Of a stretch of 64,000 bases of DNA, positions 30,814 through 39,990 are shown one piece after another. The notes under the pieces were generated by a model. It had not been told where the DNA came from, did no database searches, and saw only the letters and a list, made by a program, of their open reading frames with translations. The stretch lies in contig VRMN01000003.1 in the NCBI GenBank assembly GCA_008690995.1, positions 1,178,001-1,242,000 of the forward strand, in the 5' to 3' direction. How positions within the stretch are numbered: the stretch's first letter is position 1; the number at the start of each line of letters is the position of its first letter. This stretch comes from Porphyridium purpureum (taxonomy: Eukaryota). The position numbers and the translations under genes were made by a program.

Positions 30814-32460
30814 ATGACAGCGGCGACAGCGACTGGGCGCCTGGCGGCACGGGCGTGGCGGAACTCGGCTCGCGTAGACGCGCAGCTCGGCGCGTGTGTG
30901 GGGCGCCATTCTCTCGGCAGTGGTGCTGAACGGGACGCGCGGAGATCCGGTGCGCCAGTGGGTGCACGGCATAGCGCGCACGCCGCGAGGAGATTCTCGA
31001 CAGCACGGCGTGGCACCATGGCGGACAGGGGCGATAGCACCAAGCTCACCGCTGAGGATCTGAACCGCAACGCAGTGGAAATGGAGTACTCTGTGCGCGG
31101 GAAGATCGTCCAACTCGCAGAAGAGCATCAGGCGGCGCTCAGCAGGGGCGAGAAACGGCCGTTCGACGAGGTCATTCTGTGCAACGTTGGCAACCCGCAA
31201 GCCGTTGGCCAGGCCCCCCTCACGTACTTGCGACAGGTTCTGGCATTATGCACTTATCCAGCCCTGCTGGATGAGCCCTCGCTCGCGCATTGTTTCCCGG
31301 AAGACGTAGTGGCAGAGGCCAAGTCCATCCTTGACAACTCCAAGGGCGTGGGTGCTTACACGACGTCTAAGGGGATCCCACTAGTTCGGCAAAGAGTGGC
31401 CAAGTTTCTCGAGGAGCGGGACGGTTACCCGGCAGATCCAGAAAGCATTTTGCTCACCAACGGGGCTTCAGATGGCGTGAAGGCGATTTTAACGTTAATG
31501 ACGCGCGGACCCAAGGACGGCATCATGATTCCTATTCCGCAGTACCCGTTATACTCGGCGGCCAGTGTTCTGCTTGATGGCGCCATGCTGGGCTACTATT
31601 TGAATGAGGATCAAGCCTGGTCACTGGAAGTTGAAGAGTTACGTCGCGTAGTCACAAGCGCCAAAGAAAAAGGCGTGCTGCCGAGAGTTCTGTGCGTGAT
31701 CAGCCCAGGGAACCCGACTGGAAATCTGCTTACCGTACAAAACATGCAAGATATTGTCAGCTTTTGCGAGGAGCAAAATCTGTTGCTCATGGCCGACGAA
31801 GTGTATCAGGAGAATATTTATGATTCTACGAAGGAATTCGTTAGCTTCAAGAAGGTCGTGCGCGATATGAATTCGGATGTGCCTATGGTATCTTTTCATT
31901 CCACCTCGAAAGGCGTCATGGGTGAATGCGGCCTTCGTGGCGGTTACATGGAACTGGTGAATCTCGATGACAGCGTGGCCGCTCAGGTGTACAAGCTCCA
32001 GTCAGTGAGCCTTTGCGCAAACGTGCCAGGTCAGATCGCCACAAATATCATGGTGAACCGTCCCAAGCCTGGCAGCCCCTCATATGAGCTGTGGGAGAAG
32101 GAGTACAATTCAACTTTCCAGTCGCTTGCGCGCAAAGCAGATAAGCTGGCCAAGGGGCTGAATGCTATTCCGGGAGTTTCCTGCTCTGACCAGCTGTTTG
32201 CTATGTACGCGTTTCCCAAAATTCAGCTGCCGCCGAAAGCTATCCAGGTCGCGGAGAAGGAAGGCATGGCAGCGGACGCGTTTTACTGCATGAATCTTCT
32301 TCAAGAGACTGGCATTTGCGTCGTCCCAGGTTCTGGATTCTTGCAGGTTCCAGGTACGTTTCACTTCCGAACCACCATTTTGCCCCCCGAGGATAAGATG
32401 GACTCTGTGATTGCCAAGCTTCGTGACTTTCACATGGGTTTCTGTGAAAAGTACGCTTGA
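30814..32460 (+). CDS. AlaAT: Alanine aminotransferase
   Basis: MEYSVRG, CNVGNPQ, PIPQYPLYSA, PGNPTG, ADEVYQENIY, PLP lysine in SFHSTSKG, GECGLRGGY and VVPGSGF...HFRTTILP. Confidence 0.96.
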   Translation: MTAATATGRLAARAWRNSARVDAQLGACVGRHSLGSGAERDARRSGAPVGARHSAHAARRFSTARRGTMADRGDSTKLTAEDLNRNAVEMEYSVRGKIVQLAEEHQAALSRGEKRPFDEVILCNVGNPQAVGQAPLTYLRQVLALCTYPALLDEPSLAHCFPEDVVAEAKSILDNSKGVGAYTTSKGIPLVRQRVAKFLEERDGYPADPESILLTNGASDGVKAILTLMTRGPKDGIMIPIPQYPLYSAASVLLDGAMLGYYLNEDQAWSLEVEELRRVVTSAKEKGVLPRVLCVISPGNPTGNLLTVQNMQDIVSFCEEQNLLLMADEVYQENIYDSTKEFVSFKKVVRDMNSDVPMVSFHSTSKGVMGECGLRGGYMELVNLDDSVAAQVYKLQSVSLCANVPGQIATNIMVNRPKPGSPSYELWEKEYNSTFQSLARKADKLAKGLNAIPGVSCSDQLFAMYAFPKIQLPPKAIQVAEKEGMAADAFYCMNLLQETGICVVPGSGFLQVPGTFHFRTTILPPEDKMDSVIAKLRDFHMGFCEKYA

Positions 32461-32679
32461 TCGTCACGCGCTCGAACTGTCTGGATCGGAGTGTGACGGT
32501 GTGTTCGGCGTATTGGTGGGCGCCAGACGGGCTCTCTTGAAGCAAGGGATGTGAAATGTTTGAGCAGGCTGCTGGGAACGCACGTATATCAGCCGTAGAT
32601 GTCAACATGTGATCCACACCGGATGATAAAGCGTTGAGCGTCACAATTTGACTTTTCCGAGTCCTAGAGATATGAAGAT

Positions 32680-33897
32680 TTACTCTCTATCGCGCGCCGC
32701 TCGCGACTTCCACGAATCGTAATATTTCCAGCCTGCGGCAAGAAGGCTGCCCATGATCGAGTGGATGGTGGCCGAGATTGCGGCAGGCAGGGCAGTTTCA
32801 GGGCTAGCTGCGAAGTGCTTTTGCGCGAGCGCCGCAGCGAGACCTGAATTTTGCATCCCAACTTCAATGCTGATGGTTCTGCTAACACGCTCGTTTTGCC
32901 CTAGAAGACGACTGACTGTGTATCCCAGCAGAAAGCCGCCCGCGTGTAGTGCTAAAAGAGCCATCACTAGCTGAGGTGCCCCGCTCAAAAGCGCCTGAGC
33001 GTTCGCTGAAACAATGCTTCCGCAAATCAACGTAACACCGACGACAGATCCCAACGACACGAGCGACGCGCTTGCTGCCACAGCTTTTGCCGGAAGCAGC
33101 CGCTTCAAAAGGGCGCCCGAAACGAGCGGCGCAATGGTGATCATCAGGATGCTCTTAAATAGCGCAATGGCCGATACAGGGACAATCGTACCCACCATAA
33201 ATTTCATCAGATAAGGCGACATGACCGTTGCCATGCATGTGGTTGTCAGCGTCATGATAATGCTGAGCGCCACATCTGCGCCTCCCAATAAGCACACGAG
33301 ATTACTCGCAGTCCCACCGGGTGCTGTGGCTACGAGACACACGCCCACGCGCAGAGCTGTGGGTAGCTTGAGGACCGAGCCAATCAACCAGCCTAGGCTA
33401 GGCATCAGCGTGTATTGTGCGACTGCGCCCAGCAAGATCAGCTTGGGTTGGTTGAGCGCCTCCTTAAAGTCGTTCACGTCTGTTGTAAGGCCCATCCCCA
33501 GCATGATGCAGTATAGCGTGAACATGAGGTAGTCCGAAGTGAACCAGCTGAATGCACCGGGCGCTTTTACAGCCAGTGCAGCTGCGCTCAGCACCCAAAG
33601 AGGAAACATTTGCGTCACGCGATTCACAAGCGCTTCCAAGCGCGTCCACATACCTGGAGAGCCAGATCCGGCGTCTCCATTCCCCTCGCTTTGCTGGGCT
33701 TGCCTCGCAAGCCTCACCATCAACTGCCCTGCCCGCAGACCGCTCACGATCCCGCGCGCGCCGCACTGACGTCGCCGCTCGCTGATGAGTTGATGAGACG
33801 CACGCCGCAAGGGTACGTCACGTGCGATACATCGAAGGCCGTCGCTGCCGCACGGCAGGCGCGTCCGTGCGCTCGGTGCCAAAACGAATGCCGCCAT
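32680..33897 (-). CDS. BASS: Bile acid:sodium symporter family transporter (BASS), plastid-targeted
   Basis: MLGMGLT, AQYTLMP, PGGTASN, DVALSI, RTISIEVGMQNSGLA; MAAFV transit peptide. An alternative ATG lies at 33927. Confidence 0.93.
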   Translation of the reverse strand: MAAFVLAPSARTRLPCGSDGLRCIARDVPLRRASHQLISERRRQCGARGIVSGLRAGQLMVRLARQAQQSEGNGDAGSGSPGMWTRLEALVNRVTQMFPLWVLSAAALAVKAPGAFSWFTSDYLMFTLYCIMLGMGLTTDVNDFKEALNQPKLILLGAVAQYTLMPSLGWLIGSVLKLPTALRVGVCLVATAPGGTASNLVCLLGGADVALSIIMTLTTTCMATVMSPYLMKFMVGTIVPVSAIALFKSILMITIAPLVSGALLKRLLPAKAVAASASLVSLGSVVGVTLICGSIVSANAQALLSGAPQLVMALLALHAGGFLLGYTVSRLLGQNERVSRTISIEVGMQNSGLAAALAQKHFAASPETALPAAISATIHSIMGSLLAAGWKYYDSWKSRAARDRE

Positions 33898-33963
33898 CGA
33901 CGCGCCCGCTTTGTTCCTCTGTACCATCTCCAACGGAAAATAAACCAGATTTAACTCAGGGAA

Positions 33964-34956
33964 TCACGCCGTGAAGGGAAGCCACATGCGTCTGAAGGGG
34001 TCCAGAGACTTGGGATGTTCCGCATTATCGAACCAGCCTTGCCTGGTGGGCGCATCGGCTGTACCCCATTTGCCCTGATATTGGAGCCAAAAACCGTCGT
34101 CAACGACAACTTGCGGCTCGCGCACAGCGTCCCGCATTGCGCTAGTCGGCTGGAAGCGGTGCGCACGGAGCAGGCATGCTTTTGGCGCGCCACGTGACGC
34201 AGATGAGATTATGGCATCGTTTTGGGGATCCTTACGCAACACAATCACTCGCTGTGGGCTCCAAATGGGCCCGGCGTGCGAGCAGTAGTCGTTCGCAAAA
34301 CGATACAACCGGAAAACGGTGCCCGGATGGCTGTAGTGTCCGTGCCCAAATCGCGCAACGAACGATACAATGCGCGGCACCGGTTCTTCGGATCCGGCCG
34401 CAGTTGCCTTGATCATTGGAACATCCTTGGCCATGACCCAAGCGCCCTCGCAATTACGGTGTGAATTATAATACACGCCAATCAGCTCACCAGATTCAGC
34501 GCTGCACCTTACCGTTAGGTGCTCAATGTCGCCCACATGGTCGCCTGCGCGCCAGAACTCAAGCCCGCACAGCGGGTAGCTCCCGTTGAATGCGAAAAAG
34601 GTCAGAAAGGTAATTTCGATGGCCTCAATGGAGCTGTGGTCCTCCGATTGTTTTGCGACAATCTGTTTAACGCGCGCATACAGAGGGGGGTTGAGCTCTA
34701 GTGCCTGTCCAGTCCAATGTTCCTCCTTCAGATCCAGATTCACATTCGGCTTGCCGTTGAGCGCCACCGCAGCGTCCAGTGTCACTTTACCGTGCTCGAG
34801 CACCTGCTTGCCGTCCACATTGGCTGAGCAGTGGGACAGAAACCACTCGGCGCTGCATGGCATGTAAGGGTCGCCCGGATACAAAAAGAAGACTGGCGTG
34901 TACCGGGCGACAAGCGCCGTCACCTCCGGGCTTGACAGACTCTCATAGCGACCCAT
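33964..34956 (-). CDS. Vps62-like (DUF946) protein
   Basis: YTPVFFLYPGDPYMPCSAEWFL, FFAFNG, GDHVGDIEHLTVR, YYNSH...GAW, HGHY and YQGKWG. Confidence 0.85.
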   Translation of the reverse strand: MGRYESLSSPEVTALVARYTPVFFLYPGDPYMPCSAEWFLSHCSANVDGKQVLEHGKVTLDAAVALNGKPNVNLDLKEEHWTGQALELNPPLYARVKQIVAKQSEDHSSIEAIEITFLTFFAFNGSYPLCGLEFWRAGDHVGDIEHLTVRCSAESGELIGVYYNSHRNCEGAWVMAKDVPMIKATAAGSEEPVPRIVSFVARFGHGHYSHPGTVFRLYRFANDYCSHAGPIWSPQRVIVLRKDPQNDAIISSASRGAPKACLLRAHRFQPTSAMRDAVREPQVVVDDGFWLQYQGKWGTADAPTRQGWFDNAEHPKSLDPFRRMWLPFTA

Positions 34957-35103
34957 AACTTGCGTGATCCCACGCAGACGCACACCAACGATCGGCCGTT
35001 ATCTGCCGATTGATCTTTGTGCAACATCAGATAAATATCAGCAGCCCCGGTCGCCTGGACTGCTGTTCCTCTTGAAGAGAGTGCGCCGGTCGCTGCGAAG
35101 ACG

Positions 35104-36654
35104 ATGAGCTTTGCGTTCTGGTCAGCTGTGTCGCCGTCATTGGATCATTTACGAAGAGCCGCCACAAGCGCGCAACGGCACGTGCGCGGACGCCCAACGC
35201 CTCGGTTCTTGACCACGATGGCGCGATGGAGCGGTGCATCTCGCACGAAACGAACCGGGCGAAGCGCTTGTGAGCGTGATGAGGCCAGAGCGAGAGGAGA
35301 TATGAAGACAGTGCTGGATGAAGATGGGTGGAAGGACTTGCAAGGACTCCACGAGCAGGAGCTCGTGAGCTTAGAAATTAACTTACAAATGGGCCAGACG
35401 TTTCGGTGGAAACAAATTCACCTGCCGCAGGTGCCTCGCGGCATATCCGAGTCACGTTCGGACGAGCAAAATACGGACTGGCATGAACACGAAAGTGATG
35501 CAGAAGGCCAGATCGCCTCACAGCGTCAGTACTGGGCCGGCGTTATCGGCGGACACGCCGTCTTGCTACGACAGATTCCGTTGCCACAGTGCTTTGACGC
35601 GCTCGAGCTGGGCCCGCTTGATTTCAACCGGCATCGTATTTCCTACAAAGTTCTGGCAACATCTGCACACATCGATGCAGAGATGCAGAATCGGTTCCAT
35701 GAGCGCATGCGGGAGTACTTTCATTTGGACGTTTGCGAGGCAGAGTTGAGGGCGCACTTTGCGGCCGTGGACGAGCGGTACAGCAAATTGGCACCGCGAC
35801 TCCAAGGTGTGCGTCTGCTTCGCACTGACCCACTTGAGTGCCTGTTTTCATTCATCTGCTCGTCAAATAATAATATCAAGCGCATTGCGACCATGGTGCA
35901 CTTCTTAGCCAGCGAGTACGGGGAGCATCTTTTGACGCTTTGTGGAGTACCTCTGTACGCGTTTCCGACATTGCAGGCTCTGCAAAGAGCGACCGAGGTC
36001 GAGCTTCGACATAATGAGACAGCCAAGTTTGGATACCGCGCAAAATTTATAGTGCAATGCGTTGAGCAGTTGACCACGATTGGTGCAGAAAAATGGTTGG
36101 AAGGACTGAAATCTCAGCCGCGCGCAAAGGTCTCTGATGATCTTGTGGCCTTGTCTGGTATCGGTCGCAAAGTTGCGAGCTGCATTGCGCTTTTGAGCCT
36201 CGACAAGTTTGACGAAATTCCTGTCGACACTCACGTGTGGCAGTTTACGCAACAGTACTACATGCCTTGGATTGAAGGCAAGAGCCTGACCGATAGGCTG
36301 TATTTTTCGATCGGAGACTTTTATCGTGAAAAATTTGGTCCATACGCTGGCTTGGCGCACAATCTTCTTTTCGCCGCCGATCTTCGCGCCTTTCAGGATA
36401 GACTCCTTGGTCTGGAAGCGGGCGTGGGAACTCCGACTCTCGTGTCTCTAACGACGGGGCAAAAATTAGAGGCCTTGCCCCTGGTGTCTTCCGAGCTCAA
36501 ATCCAAACGCAGCAAGGACCCTCAGCGAAAAACTCAGCAGCTGAGCTTCAAGCAAAGTAAGGGTGTGAAGAAAGGTAGCAAACCACTCCGGCGCAAGGCG
36601 CGCGAGAACGCCAAAGGCACCGTGAAGAGCGAGTCGCATATTGCCGCGATTTAA
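35104..36654 (+). CDS. OGG1: 8-oxoguanine DNA glycosylase/AP lyase
   Basis: GQTFRW, ECLFSFICSSNNNIKRI, FGYRAKFI, HhH motif LSGIGRKVASC, IPVDTHVW and FGPYAG. Confidence 0.95.
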   Translation: MSFAFWSAVSPSLDHLRRAATSAQRHVRGRPTPRFLTTMARWSGASRTKRTGRSACERDEARARGDMKTVLDEDGWKDLQGLHEQELVSLEINLQMGQTFRWKQIHLPQVPRGISESRSDEQNTDWHEHESDAEGQIASQRQYWAGVIGGHAVLLRQIPLPQCFDALELGPLDFNRHRISYKVLATSAHIDAEMQNRFHERMREYFHLDVCEAELRAHFAAVDERYSKLAPRLQGVRLLRTDPLECLFSFICSSNNNIKRIATMVHFLASEYGEHLLTLCGVPLYAFPTLQALQRATEVELRHNETAKFGYRAKFIVQCVEQLTTIGAEKWLEGLKSQPRAKVSDDLVALSGIGRKVASCIALLSLDKFDEIPVDTHVWQFTQQYYMPWIEGKSLTDRLYFSIGDFYREKFGPYAGLAHNLLFAADLRAFQDRLLGLEAGVGTPTLVSLTTGQKLEALPLVSSELKSKRSKDPQRKTQQLSFKQSKGVKKGSKPLRRKARENAKGTVKSESHIAAI

Positions 36655-36674
36655 TGAAAATGCGCTTATTTATA

Positions 36675-38003
36675 TCATTCAGTTGATTGTGCATCCTTCC
36701 CTTGGTCGGTCCCGTGAAAGAGCGATCTGCCAATTATCAACCTACGGATTTCGCTTGTGCCGGCACCGATCTCAAACAATTTGGCATCACGAAGCAGGCG
36801 TCCTGTGGGATAATCGTTGATGTAACCGTTGCCTCCAAGGCACTGGATGCTTTCGAGTGCCGCACGTGTCGCAGCTTCGGCACTGTGCAAAATGACTGCC
36901 GCGCTATCTGCGCTCGACAGCCAACCATCCGGGTGTGCATCTCCTGCCATTGCCACGGAGTATGTGAATGCACGCGCCGCGCTGAGGGACGTGTACATGT
37001 CTGCCATTTTGGCTTGGATGAGCTGGAAATGTCCAATAGGCTGACCAAATTGCTTGCGTTCGCGAACATATGGCAGCACAACATCCAGACAATTTTGCAT
37101 GATACCGAGCGGGCCCGCCGATAAAACCAGGCGTTCAGAGTCAAGTCCACTCATGAGAACGTAAACGCCTTTGCCAACCTGGCCAAGGACATTATTGTCC
37201 GGAACAAAGCAGTCCTCGAAGACCAGCTCGCACGTGCTGGACCCGCGCATGCCCAACTTGTCCAGCTTTTGCGCTGTGGAAAAGCCCCTGAATGATTTTT
37301 CTACCAAAAATGCTGTGATAGCACTACTGGGCTTCTCGGCTTTCACGGCTGGATACGCTTGGTGTAGAGCTGAGTCCAAGCCTTTCACTTTGGCGTACAC
37401 GAGGAGCACGTCTGCGTCCGGTCCATTTGTGCACCACATTTTGTTCCCATTCAGCACCCATCCCTTGCGTGCCTCGTCTCGTGTTGCGCTGCATTGCATG
37501 GATACCACGTCCGAGCCAGAGCCCGGCTCACTCATGGCTAACGCACCGACATGTTCGCCGGTGATGAGCCTCGGAAGAAACCGCTCTTTCTGCATCTCAG
37601 AGGCGTTGCGTACGATCTGGTTGACGCACAGATTACTGTGCGCGCCGTAGGAGAGGCCCACTGAGCCAGACGCACGGCCGATTTCTTCCATGACAAGACA
37701 ATGTTCCGTGTACTTGAGGCCGAGCCCGCCAAACCGCTCTGGCGCCGTCACGCCCAGCACACCGAGCTCACCCATTTTATTCCACAACTGGCGGTCAAAT
37801 GCGCCGTCGCGGTCAATTTGCGCGGCCAGCGGAGCTATCTCATGCTGTGCAAATTTCCTCACCTGGTGCTGAATCTCGCGCTGCGTCTCGCTCAACCTGG
37901 CGCGCAACACCGAGTCTGCATGTGTGGAAAGAGCCGCCGAGCAAAACCCGCGACGCCGCGCGACCGCTACAGACCTTTGCAAAACCATCGAAGAACGCGG
38001 CAT
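36675..38003 (-). CDS. IVD: Isovaleryl-CoA dehydrogenase, mitochondrial
   Basis: [57 protein letters not shown] and [32 protein letters not shown]; Arg/Ser-rich presequence. Confidence 0.96.
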   Translation of the reverse strand: MPRSSMVLQRSVAVARRRGFCSAALSTHADSVLRARLSETQREIQHQVRKFAQHEIAPLAAQIDRDGAFDRQLWNKMGELGVLGVTAPERFGGLGLKYTEHCLVMEEIGRASGSVGLSYGAHSNLCVNQIVRNASEMQKERFLPRLITGEHVGALAMSEPGSGSDVVSMQCSATRDEARKGWVLNGNKMWCTNGPDADVLLVYAKVKGLDSALHQAYPAVKAEKPSSAITAFLVEKSFRGFSTAQKLDKLGMRGSSTCELVFEDCFVPDNNVLGQVGKGVYVLMSGLDSERLVLSAGPLGIMQNCLDVVLPYVRERKQFGQPIGHFQLIQAKMADMYTSLSAARAFTYSVAMAGDAHPDGWLSSADSAAVILHSAEAATRAALESIQCLGGNGYINDYPTGRLLRDAKLFEIGAGTSEIRRLIIGRSLFHGTDQGKDAQSTE

Positions 38004-38192
38004 TGCCGTGTCCTCCCGCCCAGCCGTGAATCCGCAACAAAATTCGACTGACGCGCTGCACGCGCACACCAACGCCTACAGAAGCTACTCGTATCCAGCC
38101 ACCTTCCTTTTGCGTGCAACGGTCTCTTGTCCAGACCGGGACGGACCAAACCAGAACACGACGAAGCTGCTGCACAGCCACTTGGACCCACA

Positions 38193-38226
38193 CCAGAAGC
38201 AGCAGCAGCAGGAGCAGCAGTAGCAG
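38193..38226. repeat. Imperfect (CAG)n repeat
   Basis: cagaagcagcagcagcaggagcagcagtagcag in the IVD/DUF1295 divergent gap. Confidence 0.75.
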
Positions 38227-38575
38227 GTGCAGAAGGTTCGCAGTTACCTTACGAGCCAGTCACTCGGTCTCCAGCTTGACGCCTCCAGCGCACGTCGCCA
38301 TCGGCTGCGCATGATGTTGTGTGGGGCCTCCCGCCTCTGCCATTCCACTCCGTCGCGCGCTCACACACGCGCGCGGCCCATTCATTCCGAGTAGGGTTAG
38401 GGTTTTGGAGGTACAGTACAAGTACAGCTCTTTTCAATGTAAGGTATGTACAGTGATGAGTGTGCAGGTACAGCTGGCACGTTGTGGAAGGTTGTGGTGG
38501 TGGCGGTAGCGCCATGCGCGGTGAAGGAGTCGAGGCAGCGAGTGGCATGGTGGCAGTGGAGCGTTGGCAAAGTGG

Positions 38576-39727
38576 ATGATTCTGCACGTGTTCGGGACGG
38601 CAGCGCGCCGCGCGGCGCATGTGATCAGGCGCGGATGGGTGCGCGCGTTGGGTGGCGGTAGCGGGTCGGTGGCAGACGCAGTCATGCCGGCTGCGGCGTC
38701 CGCGTCCGCGCCGTCGTGGTTTGGCATGCGCGGCCTGGCGGGGCTGCGGCCGTTGTCCGGGCTTGTGGGAATACCGTCAGCAGGAGCAGCGACTGTGGCT
38801 GTCACGTCCGCGGCGTTGGTCATGCGCGGCCTCGGCGCGTCGTGCGCTGCGATCGTCGCCCTGAATTTGGTCGGTTTCGTCATCACGGCCACCACAAGGA
38901 CGCACTTGATTACGGACTTGGTCGGCTCGTTCTCGTTCACCGCTGGCGCGTGGGTTTCGCTAATGGTTGGATCACAGGCCTCAGGCGGGTTGCTGTGCTT
39001 CCGGCCAGTGATGATGACCTTGTTCGCCACCATCTGGTCGTTCAGGCTCGGTGGCTACCTGTTTTATCGTATTCTCAAAACACACAAGGACGAGCGATTC
39101 AACTCAATGTTCCCCGAAAGCCCAGAACATCCATGGACATCTGATCGTCTCTCCAGATTGGCTGCGTTTTGGATGATCCAGGCATTCTGGGGATGCGTCG
39201 TGCTGCTTCCTGTAACTGTTGTCAACTCTCTGCCGCATGCATGGCATGTCGCGAACCCCGTGCGTCTTCCGGCTCTGCTAGGTCTGCTTCTTGCCTCATC
39301 TGGACTCGTTCTTGAAAGCGTGGCCGACTTCCAAAAGGACAAATTCAAGTCCAACCCGGACAACCGCGACAAATTCATGACTACCGGGACATACGCGGCG
39401 ATGCGGTATCCAAACTACACTGGTGAGATCATGGTGTGGTGGGGTGTTTACGTACTCGGCCTTCCTGCGGCACTTAGCTCGTTTGGCTGGTATACAATAT
39501 TCTCCCCTCTGTTTACCACACTGCTGCTGCGCTACGTGACAGGCATTCCGCTTCGGGAAGCTCGCTACGAACGGTTGTTTGGAGACAACCTTGAGTATCA
39601 AGAATATAAGAAACGGACGAATCTGTTGATCCCACGGCTTTTCGAGTACCGGCCCATTGACAAGGCCGGTTTGCCCGATGGGAACGAGAAGCCCGGGTAC
39701 GGAGGTACCGACACAACCGGAAAATAA
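38576..39727 (+). CDS. DUF1295 / steroid 5-alpha-reductase-like membrane protein
   Basis: WSFRLGGYLFYRI...KDERF, ESVADFQK, MRYPNYTGEIMVWWG, TGIPLRE and EYQEYKKRT. Start is at 38576 or 38684. Confidence 0.9.
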   Translation: MILHVFGTAARRAAHVIRRGWVRALGGGSGSVADAVMPAAASASAPSWFGMRGLAGLRPLSGLVGIPSAGAATVAVTSAALVMRGLGASCAAIVALNLVGFVITATTRTHLITDLVGSFSFTAGAWVSLMVGSQASGGLLCFRPVMMTLFATIWSFRLGGYLFYRILKTHKDERFNSMFPESPEHPWTSDRLSRLAAFWMIQAFWGCVVLLPVTVVNSLPHAWHVANPVRLPALLGLLLASSGLVLESVADFQKDKFKSNPDNRDKFMTTGTYAAMRYPNYTGEIMVWWGVYVLGLPAALSSFGWYTIFSPLFTTLLLRYVTGIPLREARYERLFGDNLEYQEYKKRTNLLIPRLFEYRPIDKAGLPDGNEKPGYGGTDTTGK

Positions 39728-39990
39728 AAACTGCACTGGGTTCCTCGAACCGGCACCGCTTACATGATCAGATTCGAACGTGATCGAGATCTTATTTGAA
39801 AACCAGGCCAAGGCAACACTTGAGTTCAGACCTCTTGACCTCACTCTTTTGGCTTCGTTGGCTTCTGCGTCTATGCTGCAGCCCTCCTGCAAAATCACAG
39901 CACTGCGTCTACCCAAAGCTTCTCCTGCTGAATCAGCTGGTTTGAGAAACGCCAACCTTGTTCACACGCAGTGAGGCATAACCACAAGGA

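Noticed and set aside
21113..38003. Leucine-catabolism cluster (aminopeptidase plus IVD)
   Set aside because: About 14 kb apart with unrelated genes between them and different predicted compartments.
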